A stretch of DNA of 62,784 bases, filler included, from Nemertoderma westbladi (Eukaryota > Animalia > Xenacoelomorpha), in NCBI GenBank assembly GCA_032718475.1. It is 4 parts of 4 records of this genome, joined end to end, with 100 filler letters (N's around TTAATTAATTAA, not from the genome) between each part and the next. Parts side by side here need not be neighbours in the genome. Positions count along the whole stretch, not along the records: positions 16,441 to 32,720 come from JAUCBJ010002474.1; positions 32,821 to 47,070 come from JAUCBJ010002379.1; 2 more parts are not named here. The stretch is one strand, 5' to 3'. Below are positions 23,284-34,746 of the stretch, piece after piece. Within the stretch, counting starts at the first letter, position 1; each line of letters opens with the position of its first letter. The notes below the pieces were generated by a model. The model saw only the letters and a program-made list of their open reading frames with translations, ran no database searches and was not told the DNA's origin. The translations under genes and the position numbers were made by a program.

Positions 23284-24648
23284 ATGTTATCACAAGTATA
23301 CTATATATTGGTCTTTTCAGTTGCAATTATCAAAGCACAAACTCAAGGCTATGTGAAAAAACTGACAACGGATTTGAATTTGAGAAATTATGAGGTTGAG
23401 TATCGTCCTGCATTAAACGTATCTGATGTTATTGACGTGAATGTGACATTCGCGCTAACCAGTATTACTGATGTGGACATTGTTCATTCTTGGGTGACGT
23501 TTTCCGCTTCGACAGTGTTTTCCTGGCAGGATGTGAATCTACGGTGGAATCCAGAAGATTACGATGGGATTAAAGAGCTCTCACTGTCTCCGACGCAAAT
23601 ATGGAGTCCCAAGGTTACAGTTATGGGCATGTTGGAGCGAGTTCAAGGAGACACAGTTGATTATGTCATTTTGCAATCTTCAGGTCAAATTGAGCATCTT
23701 GAAAGAATTAACATGAAGGTTTCGCAAGATTTGAACGCTCACTTCTTTCCGTACGACCGACAAATAGTCGAATTCAATTTTTCCTCATGGATTTATGATG
23801 AAACACAAGTGCGTCTCCATTGGGCATCGAATATGAAAAAGATTATGAGTGAGGTTCGTTTCTCTTCGAACGAGTGGATTTGGGATAAAGGTGAAGCACG
23901 GTCACATAGTTCGGTCAGAGAAATTAGAAAAGACGAAGGCGTCTCACCTTCTTATACGACCCTCAGTTATGCCATCACAATCCAAAGAACGCCGCAATTC
24001 TACTTCAAGATAATCATATTCCCATCAATCATTATCAGCGCCATAATTCCTTTGGTTTTTCTCCTGCCACATGAAGAGGGCGATCGAATCGGATTAGTTT
24101 CCGCATTATTTTTCGCTCAACTCATCAATCTCGTTATGGTCCAACAATTTGTTCCACCAGCGGGGAAACCAGAGGCTCTACTCAGCCAGATGTACTACTT
24201 GAATGTTATTGTTACCATCGTAACAGTAATTGCCTGTGTTATTGTTCAAAGGTTGTACAATATTTTGAATAAAATGGAAGAGAGTTGTTCTAAGAATGAT
24301 AAGTCTCATTCTAAGGATCTGGCTGTTAAAGAAGATATTGCTTTAGAACCATTAAATAGTAAAGAAGAACATGAGGAAGATATTCGACTCGGGAGTGTTA
24401 AAGTTACCATCTTGGTGTTTCCATGTCGTGTAACTCGAATGCAAATTCGATTATGGATCAATATTGTGCATTATATAGATTTTGCACTTTTCTTTTTTAC
24501 TATTGTCTTTGTGTTATGCACCAATTTTGATGTGACTCGTAAATATAATAACCAACCCAACACCACGACCCTAATGGAGAATTACAAAGGTAATTTTGAT
24601 CTAGGCGATTTTGTTATTACATCTGACTATGACTATTACGATTCTTAA
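23284..24648 (+). CDS. Pentameric ligand-gated ion channel subunit, nAChR/5-HT3-like, Cys-less, single coding exon (454 aa from the ATG at 23284)
   Basis: Signal peptide MLSQVYYILVFSVAIIKA; RPALN..V.V, W.D..L.WNPEDYDGI, IWSP, FPYD.Q, SSWIYD, R.P.FY...IIFP (M1), GDRI (M1-M2 linker), four hydrophobic TM segments and an M3-M4 loop. Confidence 0.93.
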   Translation: MLSQVYYILVFSVAIIKAQTQGYVKKLTTDLNLRNYEVEYRPALNVSDVIDVNVTFALTSITDVDIVHSWVTFSASTVFSWQDVNLRWNPEDYDGIKELSLSPTQIWSPKVTVMGMLERVQGDTVDYVILQSSGQIEHLERINMKVSQDLNAHFFPYDRQIVEFNFSSWIYDETQVRLHWASNMKKIMSEVRFSSNEWIWDKGEARSHSSVREIRKDEGVSPSYTTLSYAITIQRTPQFYFKIIIFPSIIISAIIPLVFLLPHEEGDRIGLVSALFFAQLINLVMVQQFVPPAGKPEALLSQMYYLNVIVTIVTVIACVIVQRLYNILNKMEESCSKNDKSHSKDLAVKEDIALEPLNSKEEHEEDIRLGSVKVTILVFPCRVTRMQIRLWINIVHYIDFALFFFTIVFVLCTNFDVTRKYNNQPNTTTLMENYKGNFDLGDFVITSDYDYYDS

Positions 24649-26020
24649 TCCATATACAGTACAGTGTGTCGATAGAATTTATATTTACAATTTGCTCTGC
24701 AGTGTATAAGTTTTGTTATTAAAAACTCGTTAATAACAGTTTTAAATAGGTAATTAAGCCCATATAGTTATAGTTTAAACTATTAAGCATAGGCCTGCCC
24801 ACATTATTATTTAATTGATATGTGTCACAACGAGGCGACGGTGGCCGTATTATAGAAATTGTTTAACTTTTTAAGAATATAGGCAATCTGTATATTTTAA
24901 AGAAAAGTGTGTGATATAGAAACAATATGGTATTATCCTTATCTATTTATTAATCCACAAGTTAAAATTAATAATGACTGGAATGACTTAGGAATGACTG
25001 ACATATGTGGGCATCGTTCGTACACGTGTGGCGTAGTTACTACTCGGAAATAATGTGGGACTCTGCAATATAAAGTTGGAAATTAATATATTTGAAGAGC
25101 AATACAGTAATTAGACTTAACAATTACTTCAAAGAAAGGACATAGACTGAAGAGTTGATGAGAGAAAGGACAAAGAGAGGTCAAAGACTGAATTCTGGGA
25201 TGATTTCTAATAAATCTAATTGAAAAACAATCTAATAGTGGCCATACAGAATGGACTGGTTTCCTATTACTGGGTTAAAAGTTAAACAGAAATAATATTT
25301 CAATAAACACAAATTATTTCGACATTTTTCAAAACAGGGAAGATATTGAAAAATATTAATTGAAATACGATGTATTATATGGAAATGAAATAATTATTTA
25401 GTTTAACTTACTTGTTTGCTAAATGTATTCTTTTAAACTTTAGCAAGCGACATCAATTATACATCATACTGTTAATACATGTTTTATTTTCATGTTATAA
25501 GTCTTAAGTGTAATTGGCACATTATAACCAATCAGAACATAGACAAAGTAATAGACGTTTGGACCACAACTTCCCATTGCACATTTCAAAATCGGTTGAA
25601 ATAATGTTGTACAGGCCATTTTTTAGCCGTTTGGTTTTCCGTGGGCTAACGATTATGTATGATTGTGATCCATTACAGACAGTTCCCTCCCTACCTGTGG
25701 CTAACATGTGAGTAAGTACAATTATGTAACTTAATACAGTGAATAATGAGTAAATTTTTTGAACCTTAACGGGCTGTGAAGAGTGCACAATTTTTAATAA
25801 CACATTCTTATCGTATTATCTTTGAAACATCCTTTCGTATCTGTGAAAGTTACTTACAGTTCATCTGGGAGAAATTAGTAGTTATTATTTATGAAAATGC
25901 AATGAAATGACGAAAAGGCCGAAAAACTGCCACGTTCAAAACTGATTATCCAGGTGAGCGCTAAGCAGGGAAGAAGACCCATTTCGAGAAATTGATAAAT
26001 AACAATGGAGAACTCACTGA

Positions 26021-26198
26021 TGATATCACTGGGAAGACATGCAGTGTCAGACGCAATACTCACAGACAAACGCATTGATCATCACTGGGAACACATGCAG
26101 TGTCAGACACAATACTCACAGACAGACACATTGATCATCACTGGGAACACATGCAGTGTCAGACGCAATACTAACAGACGTACCCATTGATCATATCA
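26021..26198. repeat. 56-bp tandem repeat, about 3 copies
   Basis: gatcatcactggg recurs at 26077 and 26133 (56-bp period). Confidence 0.9.
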
Positions 26199-26259
26199 CA
26201 TTCGAAGTGGTCTTAACTGCTTTGTAGGGCATTACAACTAATAGAACATGCTGTTGATA

Positions 26260-27359
26260 ATACTACTACTACTACAACTATTATCGGCATGCTGCATTGC
26301 AGCTGCATTATATATACAATATATATATTAAGAATGCTGTGCCGGTTTGTCGACAAAATTGCGCCGCCAAAACTCCCTATCACCCATGACATTTGCTAGA
26401 TCATCCGCAACTTCAAGGCCAGTGTCCTTAAGATAAGTTTCAAGAAAGTCATAGGCTGCCCTCCTTGCTTATTCAATCCACAAGGCTACCAAAGAAAAAG
26501 CACTGGCTGGTCATCAAGGCAAAATCATTGCCCTGCAAAGCGGAGGCGGCTTCGTTCAAGTGTCAAGCTAGGGGAGACTAATAATAATAATAATAATAGA
26601 ATTTACAAGAGCTGTGCACACTTAATGGGATGGGTGTGAACCCGAAAACAAAATACGCAGTCCTACAATAGAGTTTGTCAGTAGATAACACCTCCTAGTA
26701 ATGAAACACCTCCAATGTTGTACAGAGTGTGATTGGAGATGTGTTCATTGTACTTGACACAATGAACCCAGCGCAGCTTTCTTGTGAAAGTGCCATCCAG
26801 AGTTTTGTAATCCTCCGCAGTTAGACCCCAGCATGGACTCCCATAAGTGTACTGGTACTACTACAGCCATAAATAATCAAACCTTGAGGTTCCGTATTAT
26901 TCTATGGGACTTCCAAATCCTGGATAGACTATTGAACGTTGCCCATGCCTTCCCCTTACGTATCCAAAGGTTTTCATCTGACGTTTGGATCTATGATCCC
27001 AAGTAGCAGAAGTCATCCACGTGCTCAAGTAAGCTGTCCTTAGAGCGTATGCCCTTCAACCACACATTTCTTGAGGGCTGTCTAGGTTGACTCTCATGAT
27101 TTTGGTCTTCTTGGAGTTTATAAAAGACCAACACTAGAAGCAACCTGCTCTATTGAACTGAGGAGCCGTTGGGCTCCCACTAGTGATTCTGAGAGTACCC
27201 CTAAGTCATCAGCAAAGTCTAGATCAGTTAGGTTCTTGGCAGGATTTCCTCGACTTCTGAAGCCAGTAGGTGGAGTTTACCATCATCCCATTATCATTAT
27301 GATGATCTAAGGACATGCGAAGAACATAGTTAACCACAATTTTGAATAAGAATGGTGCA
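26260..27359 (-). mobile_element. Degenerate RTE-clade LINE 3' half (family C) with (TAG)n tail
   Basis: LTDLDFADDLG, INSKKTK, VDDFCYLGS and RLRFAG remnants; (tac)n on the + strand at about 26261-26280; a short foreign insertion at about 26580-26690. Confidence 0.88.
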
Positions 27360-27368
27360 TGGATAGGC

Positions 27369-27906
27369 AGAAGGTAATCAACCAACGGCTAGCCATGCAG
27401 ACGATGTCAGTGGAAGGTAATCAACCAACGGCTAACCATGCAGACAAGATCGGCGGAAGCTAATCAACCAACGACTAGCCATGCAGACAAGGTCGGCGGA
27501 AGGTAATCAACCAACGGCTAGCCATGCAGATAAGGTCAGTGGAAGGTAATCAACCAACGCCTAACAATGCAGACACGGTCGGCGGAAGGTAATCAACCAA
27601 CGGCTAACCATGCAGACGATGTCAGTGGAAGGTAATCAACCAACGGCTAACCATGCAGATGATGTCAGTGGAAGGTAATCAACCGAACGGCTAACCATGC
27701 AGACAAGATCGGCGGAAGGTAATCAACCAACGACTAGCCATGCAGACAAGGTCGGCGGAAGGTAATCAACCAACGGCTAGCCATGCAGACAAGGTCGGTG
27801 GAAGGTAATCAACCAACGGCTAACCATGCATACAAGGTCGGTGGAAGGTAATCAACCAACGGCTAGAAATGCTGACAAGGTCGGCGGAAGGTAATCAACC
27901 AACGGC
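27369..27906. repeat. 43-bp minisatellite, about 12 copies
   Basis: Unit approximately ggaaggtaatcaaccaacggctarccatgcagacaaggtcggc. Confidence 0.95.
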
Positions 27907-28034
27907 GACCTACTGCGAAGACGCTTGTAGGAGTTGCGACCACAAGCGGTTTACTCTCAGAACTGAAAGATATGAGTATGAGAAACCTCCAGGAGAAATA
28001 CGGGCTAGGTCGTCGCCCGGGTCAACAAGGGGAC

Positions 28035-28720
28035 GAGGAGCCGTTGGGCTCCCTCTAGTGATTCTGAGAAAACTCCTAAGTCATCAGCAAAGTCTAGATC
28101 AGTTAGGTACTTGGCAGGATTTCCTCGACTTCTGGAGCCAGTAGGTGGAGTTATCATCACCCCATCATTTTTATGATGATCTAAGGATATGCGTAGAACA
28201 TAGTCAACCACAATTATGAACAAGAATGGTGCAAGTGTGTCTCCCTGAAGGACGACCCATAACACTTCAAATGGTTCTGTGTCACCTTCAACAGTAGACA
28301 CAAGTGTTGTCGAACCATCGTATACTGATCTGATTGCTGCAATAATTTCATCAGGAATCCCATATAATAAAAGTATGCTGAACATACGTGAGCGAGAGAC
28401 TGAATCAAAGGCCTTGAGGAAGTCAACAAAGATAACAGCCAGATGCCTGTCTTTCTTTTTTGATAACTGTTCAATTATCTTTCTAAGTGCCAAAATGGGC
28501 TCCATGGTCCCACGACCTTTACGGAACCCATTCTGATATCCACGGAGCAGTCTCTCAATGGGATCCCTGATGCGATTTAATAGGATTCTATTGTATAGCT
28601 TTGCAGCAATCGAGATCAATGAGATTCCCCGAAAAGAACCATAGAGTGTTAGGTTGCCCTTCTTGGGAACTGGCACCAACTTATTTGTTTTCATTTCTTG
28701 TGGGACTCTTGTTGTTCGGC
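28035..28720 (-). mobile_element. RTE-clade LINE RT fragment (family C)
   Basis: PVPKKG, RGISL, QNGFRKGR, FVDFLKAFDSV, LQGDTLAPFLF and DFADDL in ORF 28005-28796. Confidence 0.93.
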
Positions 28721-28799
28721 ACATGTCTACTGATAATCTGAAGGAGCATATCAATAAGCAGGTTGATGCCATTAACAATGCTGGTGATGCAGGCAATCA

Positions 28800-28930
28800 G
28801 CCCAGACATGGCAATCAATAAACCTGCTCACTGGGATACTGAACTTGGGAGAAACGAAATTGCGATAACTATGGAGAATCGGGAAGCATGGAAGGATATT
28901 ATTTCCACTTTCCGAGTTCGCTCGACAGTA
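28800..28930 (+). mobile_element. Short RTE-like LINE 3' end
   Basis: DTEL..EIAITMENREAWKDII resembles the RTE ORF2 terminus (compare DTGL..MGDRELWR). Confidence 0.55.
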
Positions 28931-28974
28931 GTCATATATGGCATACTTTTGATATTTTAATTCCATATAATTTT

Positions 28975-30494
28975 ATGACGGCCGATAAAGGTACCAACAT
29001 CGACCGTCACTAATTAAATACTGTAAATTATCGACCGTCGTAATTAAATACTGATAATTATCGTGCGTCGTAATTAAATACTGGAACCAGATCCACAGTC
29101 GTTATTAATGTTGAAATTGTCGACCGTCGTAATTAAATACTGGAACCAGATCGACCGTCGTTATTAATGTTGACATTATCGACCGCCGTCATTAATAGCT
29201 GTTGTTGTTGCTATGATACCATGAATAGGCGGGATATTTGAATTATGTCCAGCAATAGGCCTAGATTTGGGTACTGCAGCTGTAATGTCCCGTACTGGTG
29301 CTGCAGTGGTAATTAATATATTTAATTTCCGCACTGCCGTATGCCTTAATGCCTTCCTATGTTTTGTATTTATCAGTTTACTAACAGTAATTAATCAACT
29401 GGGTAAACTTACTGTTAAAAGTTCCAACTGCAGTAATTTCGGTGCAGTAACACAATTGCAGAATTTTTCTATGTCGAATGTTTGTGTAGAGTCCAGTAGT
29501 ATACCGCCTACCGAATCCTAGTAACGAATCCTAGCAGTGTATACGGGTTCGTACAGTATCTGCCAAGAAATCCCAGTCCACGGTGTCTAAATAAACAGAT
29601 ATCAAGTACACAGACTATTACTGGCGAGGAACGGAACCAGATGTCTCTTCTAATACTTGGGCGAATCAAATGCCCGGGCTAACTAGACAAACAGGATGCC
29701 CGGGCTCTAACCGGTGAGGCAGATGTACTGTAGAGTCTACAGATACAGACCAAACTCACGGGAAAACAATCCCCGCGTAGCGAATCCTAACTACCGCTAA
29801 TGGACCTAAGTAATAATAATAATAATTAATAATACACAAATAATAATAATATATAGTAAATATATAGTATAGTAAAATATAGTAATAAATATAATAACTA
29901 ATAATAAGTAATATAGAGCATTAGACATAGGGTTATCAGACAGATGTTATTAACCGTGAATAACCGTCAATGGCCGTCAATAACGTCGTTCAAAACATCA
30001 ACATCACAGATGAGACTTGGTGAACTCCGGATATCATCATGGAGATGTAATTGTTCGCACTTACTAATTACAGACAATATCTCCTGGTGCATTATTTCAA
30101 CTTGATATGCCATATTTAAACTAGCCTCTGGTAAACTGTAATATAAAATTACGAAACGAAACGAAGGTAGGAACACGGTAATTAATTATATTAATTACCT
30201 ACTGCAGCACCGTACCGGTGCGGTGCGGTACAGTACAGCAGTACCCAAATCTAGGCCTATTGCAGGGCATAATTCAAATATCCCGCCTATTCATGGTATC
30301 ATAGCAACAACAACAGCTATTAATTACGACGGTCGATAATGTCAACATTAATAACGACGGTCGATCTGGTTCCATTATTTAATTACCACGGTCGATAATG
30401 TCAACATTAATAACGACGGTCGATCTGGTTCCAGTACCTAATTACGACGGTCGACAATTTCAACATTAATAACGACTGTCGATCTAGTTCCAGT
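28975..30494. mobile_element. Foldback DNA transposon derivative with long inverted arms and about 30-bp subterminal repeats; right arm truncated
   Basis: About 29080-29330 is the reverse complement of about 30180-30494; atcgaccgtcgt(a/t)attaa repeats occur in both arms. Confidence 0.85.
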
Positions 30495-32720
30495 GCCTGG
30501 TAACATGCACCGTGATGTCTCCGTCACCCTGGATGGAATCTTGGTTTTAACTGGGCCGCTAAGCGTCCATCCGAACGGCGTGAGGATCGCCGTCGGATCC
30601 CGCTGTCTGTCTTCGCCGAAGACCGTCTGCATTCTCTTGTGGGCCGTCAGGCAGTCCATTCCTACTATAATGGACACCTTCCTAACGTCCACCTTTGGTA
30701 TTGAGAAATCGATACTGTCCAGGAATCTATATTGTTCGACTTCAATGTTGGTTGGTCACCTGGCGTTGATATTTATCGATTCTATCACCTGGATGGGGTC
30801 GATCGTCGCCCCATAATTGCATCCCGGTGCTATTGCTGCTATCTTGCACCGCCCCGTCCTCATCTCCAGGACCTCATCCTTACTTGAGACGGTAGTTACC
30901 GCCATCCTATTCGGCCTCGTCTTTAGCCCTATCTCTTCGGCCACCCAATTCTCCACCAGCGTGAAGGCTGCTCCACTGTCGACCAGCATTAATGTTGTGA
31001 CTGATCGGCCGCCTCGTCCTGTTATCTTCACTGGTACTACACCGAGTAGTACTTTCCTCTTTCTCCTTACTCCTATCGTGCTTTGTAGCCATTGTTTGGC
31101 CTCCAGTCTCGTCATCTCCTATTGCTGTTTCTCTACACTCTCCGGATCTGTGTCCTTCTACCACACAACGATGACATAGTCCGTTTGCGTCTGTGTAGGC
31201 TACACGATCTTGTTTGGGCAACGCTTGCCAGTGCTTACAACTCATGGTCTTATGGGTTCCGTCCCTATGCAGTTGACATTCGAATCCTGGATTGTAGCGT
31301 TCCCTGTATAGTCCCTCATGGTGGTTTATATCTACCGATTTAGTGTTTAGGTTATCTGGACTCGGCCTACTGGGTATATTGGGATTATGTTTATTTGTGA
31401 TGTTATTTTCTTTCTGTCCCTGCCACGGTGTGGCCCTACTCCCAGCTAACTGTGGGCATGTAGCCCCCTGTGTGGCCGCGTGTGGTAGCGACTGTCTTAC
31501 TCTCGGGAATGGATCTGCCGGATTATGTTCGGGTTTAGGCCTGTTGTATTCGGTCTTCGGTTCCTTCCCCAAACTATCCTCACTATAGACTGGGTCTGTA
31601 ATCAACTCTGCTTCGTAATTGAGGAAGTTCGACATTTCCTCTAGCCCTGGCTCCGCACCTTTCTTCTCCCGAGTGGAGAAGGCGATCTTCCTCCACTTGC
31701 TCCGTAGCCAGATCGGCAGTGCCTGCACTATCGTGGTGATGTTATGAGATGCGTTGAGTTCGTATGGCGCATGTAGCGTCTTCAGCACGATTAACGCCTT
31801 CTCGACTTTGTTCGCAAACGTCTTTATGCTAACGGGGTTATCCTGTAGGCCACCCGATGTTATACCCCTCAGAGTCTGCCAGATGATCTTGGCTGGGTGT
31901 CCGTATTCTCTGTCTAGCACCCGCCATGCAGTCGTGATGCCGCCCTCGATGCCCTGATACTGCCTCACGATGTCATATGCTGGGCCTCCCGTATATACCT
32001 GTAGATATTTTAGGCACTCCGCCTGCATCAAGTTCTTACTTAATATCTCGTTGCTGTACATGCGCCGAAATTGCAGGTATTCTTCCGGCCTACTTCCGTC
32101 GAATTTAAATGGCTCGACTGGTGGTAACTCGATCCTGGTCTTTAATGCATCAATTAGTGTCGCCATTCCCATTGCCTGTGCTTCCAATGGGTTAGATGGA
32201 TGCTGTACAGATTCTCCTGTTGGGTGCGGTCCACCCATCGGGCCTGTTGACTCTCTCTGTCTCGGATATATCATTGGGGGTAGCGGTCCCCTCCATATTT
32301 CCGTGTCGCACGACCTGTTCTTGTCCAGGGGGTTCGATGTTCTTATTCCTGTTTGAGTGTAGTGTTGATATTGTAATGGGGGAATGTCACCCTGCCCCCC
32401 CCCCCCCCCCCACCGGTATTATATTTGGTACTGGGGTTGATGTTAATATATTGGGGCCCATACATCTATCTGCAATAACTCTCCCCTCCCCTGGATATAT
32501 GTTATGTCCCTGCATATTATAGTCATGCTGCTGTGCTGGTACCGATATAGAACTTCAGATATAGAACTTCAGCGACTTCCGGATCTAATCCCGTCGTTCG
32601 CGCTATCCTATCGCCTACACTATCTCTCCCAGCATGGCCTATAGTATGTGCAGTAAGGCCTACAGTATGTCCTGCAGTCTGCATGTGCCCTTCCGAACCG
32701 AAGTTTAATCTTCTCGAATC
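30495..32720 (-). mobile_element. BEL/Pao LTR retrotransposon gag-protease fragment
   Basis: Gag FKFDG..YLQF..LKYL..YTGG.A (DUF1759-like), CCHC knuckle CHRCVVEGHRSGEC, aspartic protease LVDSGA and IIVGMD..TPFGWTLSG. Frameshifted, truncated before RT, 5' end in the gap. Confidence 0.93.
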
Positions 32721-32820
32721 NNNNNNNNNNNNNNNNNNNNNNNNNNNNNNNNNNNNNNNNNNNNTTAATTAATTAANNNNNNNNNNNNNNNNNNNNNNNN
32801 NNNNNNNNNNNNNNNNNNNN
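32721..32820. other. Assembly gap with artificial linker
   Basis: N run with central ttaattaattaa. Confidence 0.98.
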
Positions 32821-33117
32821 ACAGGCGCATTCGGGGCCGTGACGGGGGCCACGGGAGCATTCGGGGCCGCGGCAGGGGCCACGGGCGCATTCGGGGCCGC
32901 GGCAGGGGCCACGGGCGCATTCGGGGCCACGGCGGGGGCCACGGGCGCATTCGGGGCCGCGGCGGGGGCCACGGGCGCATTCGGGGCCGCGGCGGGGGCC
33001 GCGGGCGCATTCGGGGCCGCGGCGGGGGCCACGGGCGCATTCGGGGCCGCAGCGGGGGCCACGGGCGAATTCGAGGCCGCGGCGGGGGCCACGGGCGCAT
33101 TTGGGACCGGGGGCGCA
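32821..33117. repeat. GC-rich 30-bp minisatellite, about 10 copies visible
   Basis: Unit gggcgcattcggggccgcggcgggggccac; runs into the gap. Confidence 0.95.
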
Positions 33118-33197
33118 GAGTTCCACATTGATACATGTCCGTGTCCATGTCCAATAACCTTGGGTCCGCCCCTGGTCGGTACGGTAGGCGAATGACG

Positions 33198-33947
33198 TCA
33201 ATTCACCCGCTCACCGATTGGTACGGCATTCCGTCGTGGTCGTAAACCGAGCTGAGATCGTTCGTCATCGCTTAGTCTGTAGTTCCGTATACTGATTCCA
33301 TCTTCCCATGTCTCTGGGTCCATTAAGATGGCCCTATCGTCCTGACTGCAGACCACATGAAAACACTGAAACGGTGAGGCTGCGGGTGGAGTAATAGCTA
33401 TAACATCTTCAAAGTTAAAACCTCCTTTGCGTAAGTATTCCTTAATGTCATCTTGAGTTACTGATGGATCAAGTCGCCCGATGTGAATATGTGCCTGTCG
33501 TGACGGTTGTGATTGGACCACTTGTAGCGAGCCGCCCGCTTTACATCCTCGAACAGCAGGAGGCCGTTGGTAAGGTGGATGTGCCGGAGGTTGAGAGGAG
33601 CCGGTAGTTACCGCACTGTAGCTGGGTTCCGTGGCAGAGACTGAGGGTTGCGAATGCAGGCGCTGGTGGGTACCAATGGTGGGAGTTGCAGCGGCAGGTG
33701 TGGATGGGCGGGGGCCTTTCAGGTGTTGGATCAGTTCGTCCTTGGCAGTGATTGAGTCCTGGCGGGCTTCAGCTAGCTTATCCCGCGATTCCGCCAGCTT
33801 GTCTATAACTGTCATGTGTTTGGCTGTCATGGAGGCGAGAAGATCAGCTATCGCCCGTTCGTCATCATTGGATACGCTTTTCTTGCCTTTAATATTCCTT
33901 AACATTGCCAGAATATCATTATTAAGTTTGATAAATTCCTCTGCCAT
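33198..33947 (-). CDS. LINE ORF1-like protein (coiled coil plus RRM-like domain), 249 aa
   Basis: N-terminal heptads, low-complexity linker, [20 protein letters not shown] and [15 protein letters not shown], as in invertebrate LINE ORF1 C-termini; frame intact. Confidence 0.75.
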   Translation of the reverse strand: MAEEFIKLNNDILAMLRNIKGKKSVSNDDERAIADLLASMTAKHMTVIDKLAESRDKLAEARQDSITAKDELIQHLKGPRPSTPAAATPTIGTHQRLHSQPSVSATEPSYSAVTTGSSQPPAHPPYQRPPAVRGCKAGGSLQVVQSQPSRQAHIHIGRLDPSVTQDDIKEYLRKGGFNFEDVIAITPPAASPFQCFHVVCSQDDRAILMDPETWEDGISIRNYRLSDDERSQLGLRPRRNAVPIGERVN

Positions 33948-34746
33948 TACAACATATACAATTCAATTCACAGTTTGTATTGCGCCTAGTGCAGTACCAT
34001 TGGCCGCAATAAGGACTATATTTTATTATCTCCAGTCTCAAAGTGTAACTAATTAATTTATTTTTTTACATTATGTCAACTTAACAGCGTTCTGGTGAAT
34101 TCCTCGTAAATCTGCAAAGTAATCAATAATCTGTAAACAACTTCATTTACCGTATTCCAGAATGTATTATTTTCATTTATATTTACACAAGGAGTTCTAG
34201 AACTACAAGGCCATGCAGCCGTGTGGGACTGGAGGCGGGCTGGAGGCAAACTATGTTTTATTATACAGGTCTGGTGGTCCCATAAAATTTGTTCTACTTT
34301 GAATTTATATAACTCCCACGTATGTTGGATAAAATATAAGTTTTTTTATATCAATTTAAAGCCAATATTCTAACTTGAATTTTTGTCTGGGTTTGGAGTC
34401 ACAACATTGTCATGGAAACAAGATAAAGCCAATTGAATTCAAAAGCCATATTTTATACATTAGTAAGAGAAGCTTCGAGGCCGATTAAATAGGAAATGCG
34501 CTATTTGGACGATAAATGGTCACGAACATTGCTTGTTTGTTATGGAAGATTACAATTCGAGGAATGTTGGTCATAAAGTTTATTTATTTTATTACAATTT
34601 ATTTTGCGCCATTATTCAACATACTAATCTGACAAATATATAAAGTATACATATAAACCAATCAATACAATACTGTATGTACGCATACACAGCACACTAG
34701 CATTAAATAGTAAATAATGCCTGCAACGAAATAATAAACCTGGAAT

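Noticed and set aside
23284-24648. Bacterial origin (horizontal transfer or contamination) of the Cys-less intronless channel
   Set aside because: Ectodomain motifs are nAChR-like, it has a long M3-M4 loop, it is flanked by host repeats, and other host genes here are also intron-poor. A phylogeny is still needed for certainty.
27369-27906. CRISPR-like array
   Set aside because: The whole 43-bp unit is repeated with no unique spacers, there are no cas genes, and the context is eukaryotic.
32839-33195. Gly/Ala-rich silk- or antifreeze-like ORF on the + strand
   Set aside because: Stop-free reading of a 30-bp GC-rich repeat with no signal peptide or gene context.
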